In this document: piece by piece, positions 13,281-26,504 of the stretch
Position numbering within the stretch: position 1 is the stretch's first letter
Layout of the letters: the number at the start of each line of letters is the position of its first letter
From: Octopus vulgaris
Lineage: Eukaryota
DNA: 64,000 nt
Assembly (NCBI GenBank): GCA_951406725.2
Contig: OX597832.1
Location: 43,958,001-44,022,000, forward strand
Direction: 5' to 3'
Program-made: the position numbers and the translations under genes
Notes under the pieces: generated by a model
Database searches by the model: none
What the model saw: only the letters and a program-made list of their open reading frames with translations
What the model was told of the DNA's origin: nothing

Positions 13281-14027
13281 GTAGCAGTGCTTGGAAGGAA
13301 GGTGTGTAGTGTGTGATCATTGCATTGACCATGACAGAAAGTTGAGCAAAGAATCTGCATCAAATTTTGCCAAAAGCTTGGTGATACCTGCTCAGAAGCC
13401 TATGCAAAGTTTGCAAAAAGTATTCATCATTCTCAGCACAATCAAGATCTTGTGCAACTGAAACCCGAATGTCATTTTTGTCAGCTGAGAGCAGTTTTGG
13501 CACAAACTTGGCAGACATGCATCTCATACCCAAATCTTCAGTGATAATGGACTGAACTGAACCATAACTAATCTGCACATCCTCTGATAACTCACAGATG
13601 CTGATTTGAGGATTTCCCCTCACAGCTGCTCAATCATCTGCAATGTTTTTCTCAGTTCTGCAAGTTTTGGGTCTTCCAGAACATTCTTCAAAATTGACAT
13701 TTTTTGGCAATCTCCAAAACTTTTGAACCACTTGTAAACTTGTGTGCGGCTCATACACTCCTCTCCATACACTTTCTACAACCCTGTACAGGCCTCTGAG
13801 CAGGTATTGCCATGACAACTTTCTCTGTCATGGTCAATGCAACAATCACATGCTACACACCTTCCTTCCAAGTACTGCTGTAAACAGCAGAAATGAGCTG
13901 GAACATTAAAACTTAGTGCCCATACACAGCAGAGTTCAAGGTCAATCTGTGCCCAGCAGCTTCACTCTGTATGCTTTAGCTTCGTTACTATGGCAACAGT
14001 CCAGATACTTATTGATCAGACCTCATA
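13281..14027 (-). mobile_element. Mariner transposon remnant with an inverted duplication of its 5' region
   Basis: TIR-like TATGAGGTCTGATCAATAAGTATCTGG ends at 14027. Transposase remnant reads SGRPKTCRTEKNI...ISICELSEDVQISYGSVQSIITEDLGMRCMSAKFVPKLLS. 13281-13410 is an inverted copy of the 5' UTR and start region. Confidence 0.88.
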
Positions 14028-14662
14028 CACACACAATGGGCTTCATCCAGTTTCTGTTTGCCAAATCCACTCACAAAGCTTTGGTCAGTCTGGACTATAT
14101 TAAAAGACACTTGTCCAACATGTCATGCAGTGGGACTGAACCTGAAACCATATGGTTGACAAGCAAACTTCTTACCATGCAACCACCTCTGCACCTCACA
14201 CGGAATTAAATTCACCACCGAAAACTGAAATGTGTTAGAATGCAAACACTTCAGTGAAATGCAGCTCTGAGAATATAAACGTTTGAAATGTGCTTTTGCA
14301 TCAATTTACCGATTCTTTCATATGATCTGCTTCAAAACCGAAGTATAAATTTGGCAAGCTACTTCACAGAGGGAGAGAGTGAGAGAGAGAGATGGGGTGT
14401 AATTTCAACATTATGATGTTGTTACAAGCAAGATCAATTGCATAATTATTATTTGTTGTTTACTGAATGTTAAATATCGGTGGCCATAAATGGAACCAAA
14501 AACAAACAAAACAAGATTATTCTACTGATGTGTGAACACTCGAAAGTTAGATTTCTACGATGGCACTAAATAACAAAGAAGCTTATTTCAGAACTATCAT
14601 TCTATTACGGCAACAATGGAGTTCCTATACTATAGGTATACTATAGGTATACTATAGGTATA

Positions 14663-14894
14663 TATTTCTTTACTACCCACAAGGGGCTAAACATAGAGGG
14701 GACAAACAAGGACAGACAAAGGGATTAAGTCGATTATATCGACCCCAGTGCGTAACTGGTACTTTATTTATCGACCCAGAAAGGATGAAAGGCAAAGTCA
14801 ACCTCGGCAGAATTTGAACTCGGAACGTAATGACAGACGAAATACGGCTGCGCATTTCGCCCGGCGTGCTAACGTTTCTGCCAGCTCGCTGCCC
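14663..14894 (-). mobile_element. SINE family B (Meta-domain-like SINE) with TSD TACTATAGGTATA
   Basis: Contains GCCTTTCATCCTTTC-GGGTCGATAAA..AGTACC (MetaSINE-like core) and B box GAGTTCAAAT. TSD at 14628-14662 (x3) and 14896-14908. Confidence 0.85.
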
Positions 14895-17062
14895 TTACTA
14901 TAGGTATAGATGTGCAGGTGTGAAGGTGCATGGCTCAGTGGTTAGAATATCAGGCTCACAATTATGAGGAAGTGAGTTCGATTCCTGGACTGAGAGATGC
15001 ATTATATTCTTGAGCAAGACACTTTATTTCATGTTATTCCAGTCTCAGCTGTAGAAATGAGTTGTGATGTCACAGGTGCCAAGCTGTATCTGCCCCTTTA
15101 CCTTTCCCTTGGATAACATCGGTGGTGTGAAGAGGTGGGGCTGGTAAGCATGGGTGACTGGTGGTCTTCCGGTTTCTATGGCGTATGTGTTCCCTAACTG
15201 GACGGGACGCCAGAATTTAGTAAAATAACTTAGTTATCATTCAGCTAGTGTTAGGAACATAAACTGTGACTAAGGTTTGATGGAAGATTTTAATTCAGAA
15301 CTTTTGAAAACAGGGCATTTGTACTACAGAGCCAGAGGTGGTATCAAAAGGGTCAATGACTGTAGAAGGATGAAGGGCAAATTTGACCTTGATGGGATTT
15401 GAATTCTGTACATAAAGAGCTGGAATAAATACTGGAAAGTATTTTGTCCAACACTCTAATGATTCCATAATAATAAAACATTTCAAAATCCAATGTGAAG
15501 TAAATTGTATTTGGGGATAGAATCTAACTGGCCCTTGATGGTTACAACAACAAGGGTTCCAGTTGATCCAAACAACAGAACAGCCTGCTCATGAAAATAA
15601 TGTGCAAGTGGCTGAGTACTCCACAGACACATGTATCTTAACATAGTTCTCAGGGAGATTCGGCATGATACAGAACATGACAAAGCCAGTCCTTTGAAAT
15701 ACAGATGCTACTCCTTTTTGCTAGCTGAATGAGCTGGAGTAACATGAAAGAAAGTGTCTTGCTCAAGGGCACAGTGCACTGCTGGGAATTGAACTCACGA
15801 CCTCACGACCTTATGACCATGAGTCGAATACCCTAACCACTAAGCTATGCGCTTTCATGGACAGAATCTAATAACCACAGAATAGCTGTTATATAAAAGA
15901 GAATTGACTTTACATTACCCATTATTTTCAATGGAATATTATTATGTTCTACTGAATGTTCAAGCCAAAACAGCCTTGGATAAAATTAATATATTCAAAC
16001 AATATAGAAAATTAATATAAAATAATATAAAAAAAAGATTGCTTCCAAAGATTTCACTTGGGGTTGTTTTATTGGGGGGGCGGGGGTGGAGGTGAGGTTC
16101 CCTCATTACAATATTATCAAACAAAGGGGGGGGAAAATAAAATAAAATTTAGTTATAAAAGCGAATACATCTAATTTAACTTTATCTATAAACACTGCAC
16201 AGATCCCAGATTTTAACATGGAACTAGTAACTGGAGTTTAATCTAATTATTGGTATTCCTGAAGAGCAAGTAAGCTATATTGAAATCCTTTAATGGCTGA
16301 TCATAGTACTGCTGTATTTATTAGCAATACTAAACTTTTCACTTGAAGCTGTAATGGAAAGATAACAGAATCTTCTTCTCCCCGATGCAATAAAAAGTCT
16401 TAAAAAAACACACATATAAAGAAATAAAATCTAAATAGATTTATACTCTGCGGGGAATTATTTACCATTCCATAAACATAGGAATTGATTTTATGCAAAT
16501 TTTAGTTGAAGCTCTGTATAATAAATTCCAGGCAGAGAATTTGTTGCGTCACAAGTGACCTATTTATTGAACTTTCCAGTTAAATGGTTGCAGAAATATC
16601 TGTTTAATCAGTACTTCATGGATAGGAAGGTTTTAAAATTAAGTTAAACACACGCAGCATCGACTAAGAGATAGGGATCTTTACTACAGATAGCATCGGG
16701 AAAAAAAAAACTGGCCTGGAACGGTGTGTCAAAGACAGTGATTTAATATTTGGTTGGTGGGTGGGTGGCATTTCTGGCAGTCTAACAGTACACCTATATT
16801 TTGTATGCTCTAAATGTGTTATTGAAAGCAGTACAAATAATCCATATGCAAAAATCATGGTCTGCAGCTATGAATCACATGAACTAGCAGATAAATTCTG
16901 TTCTTCACACAATTTAATCGATGGTGGTACTCAGTCAAGTGATAGTCTATTGGAAAATGTTAGTGAAAATCCAGCTCGTGCTGTTGAAGATAACAAGGGC
17001 ATTCCATATTTATGAAGCACCAGAATATATAAACAAGAAGCGTTGTCATTCTAAATCCGCAC

Positions 17063-17851
17063 CATTCTTCATTAATTTCTTATGATCTAATTAACACAAA
17101 ACTTGATTGAGTAATATTTCGAGAAGTGATTGGACAGAGATGGGGTTTTTTTTTTTTAAAGCTATTTATATTGTTGGTTTTTAACAATTTCTGAGAGTCA
17201 GGCAGACTGATAGACATACCGAGACAGAAATCCTGCAGTGGAACTGAAATATGGTGGGATTTGCTATATTTCTCTCATGGTGTAACAATGCAAGATAATA
17301 CTAACACTAGAATATTGTTGTATTTAGGATTGGTCATTTTGCCTGTTTAGCCAATAAAAACACACGCACTAAATATTTGGTGTTACTTTGCTTCAGCGTT
17401 ATTTACTTTTTACATTAATCTTAATCTTATTTCGGCCAGAGTTCTTTCGTCACACATCATTCCTTAATTCCTTGTGATCTAATTAACACAAAACTTCACT
17501 GAGTAATATTTCGAGAAGTGATTGGACAGAGATGGGTTTTTTTTTTTTTAAAGCTATTTATATTGTTGGTTTTTAACAATTTCTGAGAGTCAGGCAGACT
17601 GATAGACAGACCGAGACAGAGATCCTGCAGTGGAACTGAAATATGGTGGGATTTGCTTTATTTCTCTCATGGTGTAACAATGCAACATAATGCTAACACT
17701 ACAATATTGTGGTATTTAGGATTGGTCATTTTGCCAGTTTAGCCAATAAAAACACACGTTATTTACTTTTTACATTAATCTTAATCTTATTTCGGCCAGA
17801 GTTCTTTATTTCCCTCATGGTGTAACATTGCAAGATAATGCTAACACTACA
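17063..17851. repeat. Tandem duplication of a ~393-bp unit plus a third partial copy
   Basis: 17063-17457 matches 17458-17805 (second copy has a ~32-bp deletion). 17807-17851 repeats part of the unit again. Confidence 0.92.
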
Positions 17852-17893
17852 GTGTTCATTATATAGAGTCTCTGCTTCACAGAACAGTGAGTT

Positions 17894-18432
17894 GTCATCA
17901 TCATCATTGTTCGACCATGATCGACACAATGGAATTTACTATGTTACGCCAGACTTCACGGTCCGTCATAGCATTACGGAGGTCCTGTTGCTGGATGCCT
18001 GTATCCCTGGAGATTACATCAGGGTAGGAGAGTGTGCACCCTCTGGTATGCGAGTAGATGGCTTCCAGGGGAGAAGAGTAGAAATTGCCTCTTTTTCAGC
18101 TCTACACCAATGTCCAGCAAACTGGACTCTCCTACCTTTCACAAGAGATGACACAGGTGGTAATTTCCCATATATTTGTACTTTGGTTGGATGATGCTTC
18201 CACGAGAGATTTTGAGCTCTCATAAGGAGGCGAGTGTAAGTTCCATCCAACCGCCTCTCAAGCTTCTTTGATAACGTCCAGGTTTCTGAGACATATAGTA
18301 GAATTGGTTCGACTGTGGCCTTGAAGATTTTAAGTTTCAAATCTCTACTTAGATTTGATGACCAGATCTTATGCATATCATTACAGGCTGACCAGGCCAT
18401 ACCCTTTCTTGTTAGAAAATCTTTTTCAGATG
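17894..18432 (-). mobile_element. RTE-clade LINE 3' fragment with (TGA)n tail
   Basis: ORF 18014-18400 contains KIFKATVEPILLYVSETWTL...RVQFAGH. It continues after a frameshift as YPDVISRDTG...DREVWR and ends in a tga-repeat tail. Confidence 0.9.
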
Positions 18433-19678
18433 TTATGAGTTGTACTTCATCATGGTTCCTATTTACAACAAAGTTGACCGACTAGATCAGGAATCAACAA
18501 CTTCTTTATGCAACGCACCTCCAACTTTTTTTTGTTCTTGTTTTTTTACATTTACATAAATACAGGTAAGACTCTGTGGTTAAGAAACTCACTTTGCAAC
18601 TGTAGTTTTAGGTTCAATCCCACTACACTGCACTTTGGGAAAGTGTTTTCTACTATGGTCCAAGGTCAACCAATGCCTTGTGAGTGAATTTGGTTGACGG
18701 AAACTGCATGGTGTTGGTTCTTGTATATCTCTGGAATTTAACAGTTTGGCACAAAGGGACTGATAGAATAAGTATCAGACTTTCAAAAAATAAAAAATTA
18801 AGTAATGGGGACGATCTGCTTGACTAAAACTTTTTAAAGGCAGTGCTCCAGCATGGCCACAGTCCACTGACTGAAACACATAAAAGGTAAAAGATAATAG
18901 CCCATGACCCACATGTATATCATATATATATAAAAATATCCTTGTGTATCCCTACCATTTCCATTACTGGGACTGGCAATATTTATGGAAGCAAAAATTA
19001 AACCTTGACACAAGATACCATCTAAAAGCCATCATCTATTCAATGGCACACAAACACACTAAATTTTTTAAATTATTTAAAAAAATCTGAGGCCCACAAA
19101 GAAAATCTTAGCGGTCCAACGGTTGCTACCCCTGGACAAGACTATCTTTATTTGAGATTCAGCACGGTGCTAGCAACATGATACAGTCCATTGATCGTTC
19201 GTTAGACAGGCAAACATTCAAACAATATGTTGTTTGAATGTTTGCCTCAGCCGCAGTTCATGACATCATAGCAAACTATGAATAGTGAAAGTAAATTTCA
19301 GAGACATGAAACATGAATGAATTGAAATGTAAATTCAATATAAGATAGGATTCAATTTAGATAAATAAAAAGAGAAGTACTGCAGCATAAAGATTGATAA
19401 ATGATGTGGAACACAATATTATTGAGCTCTGCTAGAGTGTCATTACCATTCTTTATTATTACTGGTCATTATAAAAATGTATCTGCATTGTCTTTTTTGT
19501 AAGTATTTCCATGGTCAATGCTCTGATGAACTTTGTGGTCTAATCTAATACCCTCTGTCAAGGCCTTTAATCCTCTAGCACTTAGATTATTCTGTCCAAT
19601 GTAAGGCATATTTATTCACATTGTTTTGAATTAATCATGCATTATTTGATAGCTTTAGTATTTTGATGATGTAATTGC

Positions 19679-20530
19679 ATCCCCAACTTCTGGTTAAAAT
19701 ATCTGACAGGAATACATAAAAAGCTGGCTGAAAACTTTGATGACATACTAGCAGAGCCAGAGACAATGCCTGAACGGCTCATGAAAGGGAAAACTATCCT
19801 GATTCTCAAATCCACTGAAACGGCAAAACCACAAAACTACAGACCAATAACCTGTCTCCCTACAACTTACAAAGCCTTTACTGCAATAATATTGCAGAGA
19901 TTGAGCAAGCATCTGGAAGAAAACAACCTCTTTCCAGAAGAGCAGAAGGGATGCTGCAAGGGCTCATATGGCTGTAAAGATCAACTAATGATCAATAAAG
20001 CCATAACAGAAAAAAGATGGTATAGGCACATGCCAGAAAAGGTCACAGAAAACGAGAAAGCAACCATACTCTAGGATATGCCAATACACACAGATAGAGA
20101 ACTTAAGACCAATAGGCCAGATATAGTTGTCAGAGATCATGAAGAAAAAAAAAAGCTTTCTGATTGATGTATCAATACCAGCAGATGACAACGTGTCTCT
20201 AAAAGAAATGGAGAAACTTTCAAAATACAAAGACCTGGAAATAGAGGTAACTAGAATGTGGAATCTAAAAAAAGGAAGAATTCCTATCATAGTAGGTGCA
20301 GTACATATGATAAGAAAATATTCAGAAAAATACATAACAAAAACACCAGGACTTACAAATATATATAACAAACAGAAAATTGCACTACTAGGCACTGCAC
20401 ACATCCTACGCAGAACACTCTCAATACAGTAACCATAAGAACATCATACCAGACCATAGCACATACCCAAGGCACACAGAGCTGCGCTCAGTAGTGAAGT
20501 GAATGCATGCTATAAAAATAAAACTTCTGA
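19679..20530 (+). mobile_element. R4/Dong-clade non-LTR retrotransposon, internally deleted (RT N-part fused to restriction-like endonuclease), ending in (TAA)n
   Basis: NYRPITCLPTTYK...EEQKGC..GSYGCKDQL (RT N-terminal region) is joined to RPDIVVRD...LIDVSIP..DNVSLKEMEKLSKYKDL (PD-D REL domain). Stop at 20432, then 3' UTR and a TAA array. Confidence 0.88.
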
Positions 20531-20541
20531 ATAATAATAAT

Positions 20542-20606
<65 letters not shown>

Positions 20607-20626
20607 TGATGATGATGATGATGATG

Positions 20627-20669
<43 letters not shown>

Positions 20670-20752
20670 TAATAATGATGATGATGATGATGATGATGAT
20701 GATAAAAATGATAATAATAATAATAATAATGATGATGATGATGATGATGATG

Positions 20753-20790
<38 letters not shown>

Positions 20791-20862
20791 TAATAATAAC
20801 GATGATGATGATGATGATGATGATAATGATGATGATAAAGATGATAATAATAATAATAAAAA

Positions 20863-20893
<31 letters not shown>

Positions 20894-20915
20894 AAAAATG
20901 ATGATAATAATAATG

Positions 20916-20970
<55 letters not shown>

Positions 20971-21159
20971 TATAATGACCTTATTGCTTACAGTGCTTAG
21001 GTGCTTTATAACTTATCACAAAAAAAAGAAACGGTAAAAGAGAGGCCAGAAAACGGTAATAAGTAAAGAAAAAAAACTGCAATGATAACCAAAAGAGCAA
21101 GAATGGTGCACACAAAAAAAAAAAAATAACACAAAAAGACAGAAAAGTGAGCAATAATA

Positions 21160-21480
21160 CTAACTTCATTTCTTCCAAGCCTTCGCATGTCCCCTGCATT
21201 CACAGCCCGCATTTTTACTACTGCGTTGCATAGCTATTCATACACAAGCATCGTAAAATTTGCCTTTTACGCAAAGCGAGAGGCCCTTTGTTACCAACAA
21301 AGGTAATAGCTCTTTGAATTTTCCCCAGCCAGTTCTTATTCGAGTAACAATACTTTCAGAGCATCCTCCACCGTTGCTAATTAGGTAACCTAGGAAACAG
21401 AATCTATCTACTACCTCTAAGGATCCTTCTAGACATTTGAGGAAATCTATTTCCTATATTCTTAGTGTTTATTGTTCCAC
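21160..21480 (-). mobile_element. RTE-clade LINE RT fragment
   Basis: Minus-strand translation LEVVDRFCFLGYLISNGGGCSESIVTRIRTGWGKFKELLPLLVTKGLSL...GKFYDACV. Confidence 0.85.
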
Positions 21481-21554
21481 ACACACACAGATGTATTAAA
21501 TTTGAATTAGAAGCGGTTCTGATAATGTAAACCATTACCAATGTCACATATTTA

Positions 21555-22410
21555 ATCTTTTATTTTCTACTTGTTTCAATCATTAGAATGCAACCATTTT
21601 TAACAAGTGTATTGACCCATGTACTTACTTTTAAAAAAGCCTGTTACTTATTCTATCAGTTTCTTTTGTCAAACCGCTATGTTACAGGAATGTAAATACA
21701 TGAGCACTGGTTGTCAAGATATATACATAGATATATATATACACACACAGATATATACAAAGATATTTATATATGATGGGCTTCTTTCAGTTTCTGCCTG
21801 CCAAATCCACTCACAAGGCTTTGGTCAGCCCGAGGCTATAGTAGAAGACACTTGCCCAAGGTGCCATGCAGTAAAACTGAACCCAGAACCTTGAAGTTGG
21901 GAAGCAAGCTTCTTAACACCCAGCCATACCTGTGCCTAAATATACATATATATACATATATATATAGGTAACAGTTGGAGGAGTTTAATACCTCTAAGGG
22001 ATAATTAAATCCAAAGTCGCTCCTGGTTATTACCTGGATAAGTACAGTCTTTTGTAAAGTTGTACGGTAGTAGGTGGTTCAGTTGGTAGACTGTAGTTTA
22101 GGTTATATAGGAGAAGAAAATGAATGTAATAACAAGGGGAAACTCGTCGTTTTCCCTGGTATGCCTTTAATTTAATTAGATAACAAAGAAGGAAGCAAAG
22201 ATGAAGGTAACATTCATCTTTGCTTCCTTCTTTCTTCTACCTATATATATATGACGGGCTTCTTTCAGTTTCCATCTACTAAATCCACTCACAAGGCTTT
22301 GGTCGGCCCGAGGCTATAGTAGAAGACACTTGCCCAAGGTGCCACGCAATGGGACTGAACCCGGAACCATGTGGTTCGGAAGCAAGCTACTTACCACACA
22401 GATACTCCTA
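21555..22410 (-). mobile_element. SINE family A copies (21555-21937, 22252-22410); others at 6138-6301, 8310-8535, 14035-14195, 18575-18895, 28785-28985, 34258-34550, 35624-35780, 47858-47990
   Basis: Shared tagtagaagacacttgcccaagg and tttcagtttccgtctaccaaatccactcacaagg blocks. Confidence 0.85.
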
Positions 22411-22460
22411 CACCTACTATATATTTTACGTATAAATATGTATATATATATATACATATG

Positions 22461-22490
<30 letters not shown>

Positions 22491-22494
<4 letters not shown>

Positions 22495-22880
22495 CGAAAG
22501 AAGGTTTGAAAATGCAATTTTAAAAGGTGTTTATTTACTTTACCGGTTTCACTCTTTTTAATAATTCCTTCTGGAAACTATCTTTAACATTTTCTTGAGA
22601 ATGTATATTGATGTTGGAATCTTTTGTGCCCAATATTTTCATGAACTTGTTAAACTTTTTTATGTCCTCATCATGTTCTTGTTACCAAAGACTATATATA
22701 TGTATTGTAGCATTTTGTGACAACCAATAATTAACACAACCAAACGTTTACACGTTACTTTTGACAATCTTTTTCTAAAAAGTGAAACTGGTAAAGTAAA
22801 TAAACATCTTTTAAAATTGCATTTTCAAACCTTCTTTCGTATATAACTCCACTCGTGCGGTACCTTATAATTCCACTTTG

Positions 22881-22882
<2 letters not shown>
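22491..22882. mobile_element. Penelope-like terminal remnant with ~65-bp inverted repeat, inserted in (TA)n
   Basis: 22491-22556 and 22779-22843 are reverse complements with few mismatches. The right arm carries the hammerhead motif and AATAAA. Confidence 0.55.
22755..22799 (+). ncRNA. Degenerate type I hammerhead motif
   Basis: Reads UUACUU-UUGACAA-UCUUUUUCUAAAAAGU-GAAA-CUGGUA/AAGUAA. Stem I is 6 bp and the core is two transitions from CUGACGA. The inverted copy at ~22545-22558 keeps palindromic GAAACCGGUA. Confidence 0.55.
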
Positions 22883-22927
<45 letters not shown>

Positions 22928-23384
22928 AAACTTAACCCAAATACAACACTAAGTGAACTTCTTACCCATGCAGCTATGTTTGCATCTAAATAGATCGTGT
23001 GTGTGTGTGAGTGCAGGTACGACAACACCTTTCCAAAGAACCGATGGTCTAGAACTTATAATTCTCACTAATTGTCGAGCAGAAATTTAAAATTCCCACA
23101 CCTGCTTGACTACCTTACTGGGGCAGCCTTGTTTCACAGTACCTTGCATAATATAGAATAAATAAGCTTCTATCATTTATACTAATGTACAGGTATTTCA
23201 TTAATATAAATTTAATATATGCTTAATTTAGAGGTGACCACCACTGCTTTGGAAAAATCAGTAATCTGGAAATACTTTGAAAGCAAAGGTTCCAGAAGAG
23301 TGACGTTGTATACCTGTATATATGCACATAGATATATGTATGGATATTATAAAAATAATAATAATAATAATGATAATAATAATG

Positions 23385-23433
<49 letters not shown>

Positions 23434-23688
23434 TGATGAAGTTATTGTATACAGTGCTCAGGTGCACCACAACTTGTCAAAAGTGCATATAAAGCATATG
23501 CAGTAATGTACAAAGGTCTGGAAAGCGAACAGTGTATGAGTCAGAAAAATGCTTGCGAGTGTATTATACACACACACACACATATATACATACACACACA
23601 TAGTAATATACACACATAGATATATACATACATATATATAATATATTACATTTGCCAGCATGGAATATGGACATTAAATAATGATATA

Positions 23689-23757
<69 letters not shown>

Positions 23758-24615
23758 AGAATGTTGTTGACAGTGACTCTGAAGTTTCAACCAGCTAAGC
23801 CATCAACGGACATACATTTAGTATACACACTCATATACACCCACCACGTGTGCATGCACACATGCGTATGCGTGCGTGTGTGTGTGTGTAACGTGTTTTC
23901 GTCCACCACAGCACAGATGACTGTATGTGAAATGTGAGCTCCTCCACCAAGTCCCATAACCCAAAATGAACCATGCCAACAGCGACTATAAATCTATCTA
24001 TTTAGTCTGTAAATACAATAAAAACGGTATTTAAAGAGGTTGGAATTAAAATATTTTTATATATTTCAGAACTACAACATTGTCTGGCATTGATTCCTTC
24101 ACCTAATTTCCATTTGGAAATGTTACAAAATGTAGTTGAAAGGGGGAAAAAAAAAAAATCAAAAATCATTTTAGCAAGTAATTTAGCTTAATATTGAACC
24201 TAATTACTCATATCTTCATAGCGTCTCCTCCACAGAGCCTTCTCTCATTATTCCATTTCCTTCACATTGCAATATTTTTTTTTCTGACTCTTTCCATCTC
24301 CCCACCCCACCCATCTCTCTCTCTCTCTCTTTCTCTCTCTCCCTCTCTCTCACATACATACACACACACAATTCTTACTCACACGTTTTTACTCCTCTCC
24401 ATTCTTCTAATTAAAGAATACACACTGTCTGTCTGTCTCTCTGTCTGTCTGTCTCTCCCTCTCTCTCTCTTTTTCTTTCCCTCTTTCTCTCTCTCTCTCT
24501 CTCTCTCCCTCTCTCTCACATACATACACACACACAATTACTCACACATTTTTACTCCTTTCCATTCTTCTAATTCAAGAATACACACTGTCTGTCTGTC
24601 TGTCTCTCTTTCACT

Positions 24616-24658
<43 letters not shown>

Positions 24659-24734
24659 TCTCCCATGATCCTATTCCTCTCTTCTTACCCACTTTTGTAA
24701 TTTTTTAAAACACACACTCTCTCTCTCTCTCTCT

Positions 24735-24772
<38 letters not shown>

Positions 24773-24911
24773 GATTTATTGCCTTTTTCATTTTACTTTT
24801 TTTGTTTCTCTAACCATTAGTACCATTTCTTTTTCCCTCTCATTTCCTCTCTCTCTCTCTAACTGTCGCTCAATCAATCTGTCTATCTCCCGGTGTGTGC
24901 ATATGTCTGTC

Positions 24912-24960
<49 letters not shown>

Positions 24961-25512
24961 CCATCCATCCTTCCTACTCATTTCTATCTAACCTTTTGCA
25001 TCTCTCACTCTCATTCAACATTTACTCAACTTAACCTCCCCACCCACCCTCAAAGCCATCAATCTTTTAATTATCACATTTTTTTCTTTTCTCAGTTCAT
25101 TATTTCTTCAATCACAGTCACTCTCTCAGACACACACACATCCCAACACCAGAAATATATATATGTATATATATACACACACACACACACACACCTATGT
25201 AATCACACATATGTAGCTAGCTATACTCACTAAGCATACATCAGCATATAGACATATGATTATATATAATTACAAAGATACATACATACACACAAATTTT
25301 ATATATGTACACACACACACACACAAGCACACACATGCACACATGCACACACACATACATACATTATATCATACGTGTATACACATGTGTTAATCCAACA
25401 AATGAAAGGAAAAATTATCAGAATTAAAATAAAATTCAAACATAAAGTAATGCAAAACTCAGAGTAAACAACTGTGAAAAACAGATTTCCAAGCTGTCAT
25501 TATTAATAATTT

Positions 25513-25560
<48 letters not shown>

Positions 25561-25592
25561 GGAGTTCATATATATATATATATATTCAGGAG

Positions 25593-25630
<38 letters not shown>

Positions 25631-25664
25631 GGAGTTCATATATATATATATATATATTCAGGAG

Positions 25665-25702
<38 letters not shown>

Positions 25703-25873
25703 CAAAATTAAAAGACCACCCAGAAGACCTCCACGACGGTGGAGTTACGATTTCAGGAGGACGATTGGGATCAAGTGGATGAGAAAGGCGCGATCCAGAG
25801 AGGAGTGGACAGCGTGCTATGACCAGCAGTGTCAAATGGATGTCTGATGGACTGGTCGGTCAAGGTGATCAAG

Positions 25874-25877
<4 letters not shown>
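25703..25877 (+). mobile_element. RTE-like LINE 3' end with (TCAAGGTGA)2 tail
   Basis: Translates [35 protein letters not shown]...* followed by a short tandem tail. Confidence 0.75.
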
Positions 25878-25919
<42 letters not shown>

Positions 25920-26504
25920 GAGAGAGAGAGAGAGAGAGAGAGAGAGGTGTGTATTTTTCCCTTGTGTACAATTAACACAGAAATTACAGATAAATAGTTA
26001 CCAGGGTAGCAAAAAATTACACACGTAAACAGGGCGTAACTCCTTGTTTTTAAAGGTAGAAACTCCGGGATTACGTGAAATATTTTGTATAATATAGATA
26101 AATAAATAAATGGAGTTAAAATATCTTATTGACAAGTTTTATTTCTTCAATTCCCTGAACAGAAGATTACATTGTTTTACACCATTTTATTCCTTTGGAA
26201 TAATACCAGTAATATCTGGTATTATGATATATGAATGGCCATGGGATTGCACTTAGAAAGTTCCCCTCCGAGACACAAGACTGGGCAATGCTGTTTATGG
26301 AAGACCAGCAGCCACCCATACATGTCAACCTAGTTAGAGCATCAGGCTCACAATCATGAGGTAGTGAGTTCGATTTCCGGACCAAGCAGTGTGTTGTGTT
26401 CTTGAGCAAGACACTTTATCTCACACTGCTCCAGTTCGCTCAGCTTAGAAAGGAGTTGTGATGTCACTGGTGCCAAGCTGTATCAACCTTTGCTGATATA
26501 TATT

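Noticed and set aside
16255-16300. CTGAAGA...GAAA hammerhead-like spacing
   Set aside because: Stem II is not adjacent to GAAA and stems I and III do not pair.
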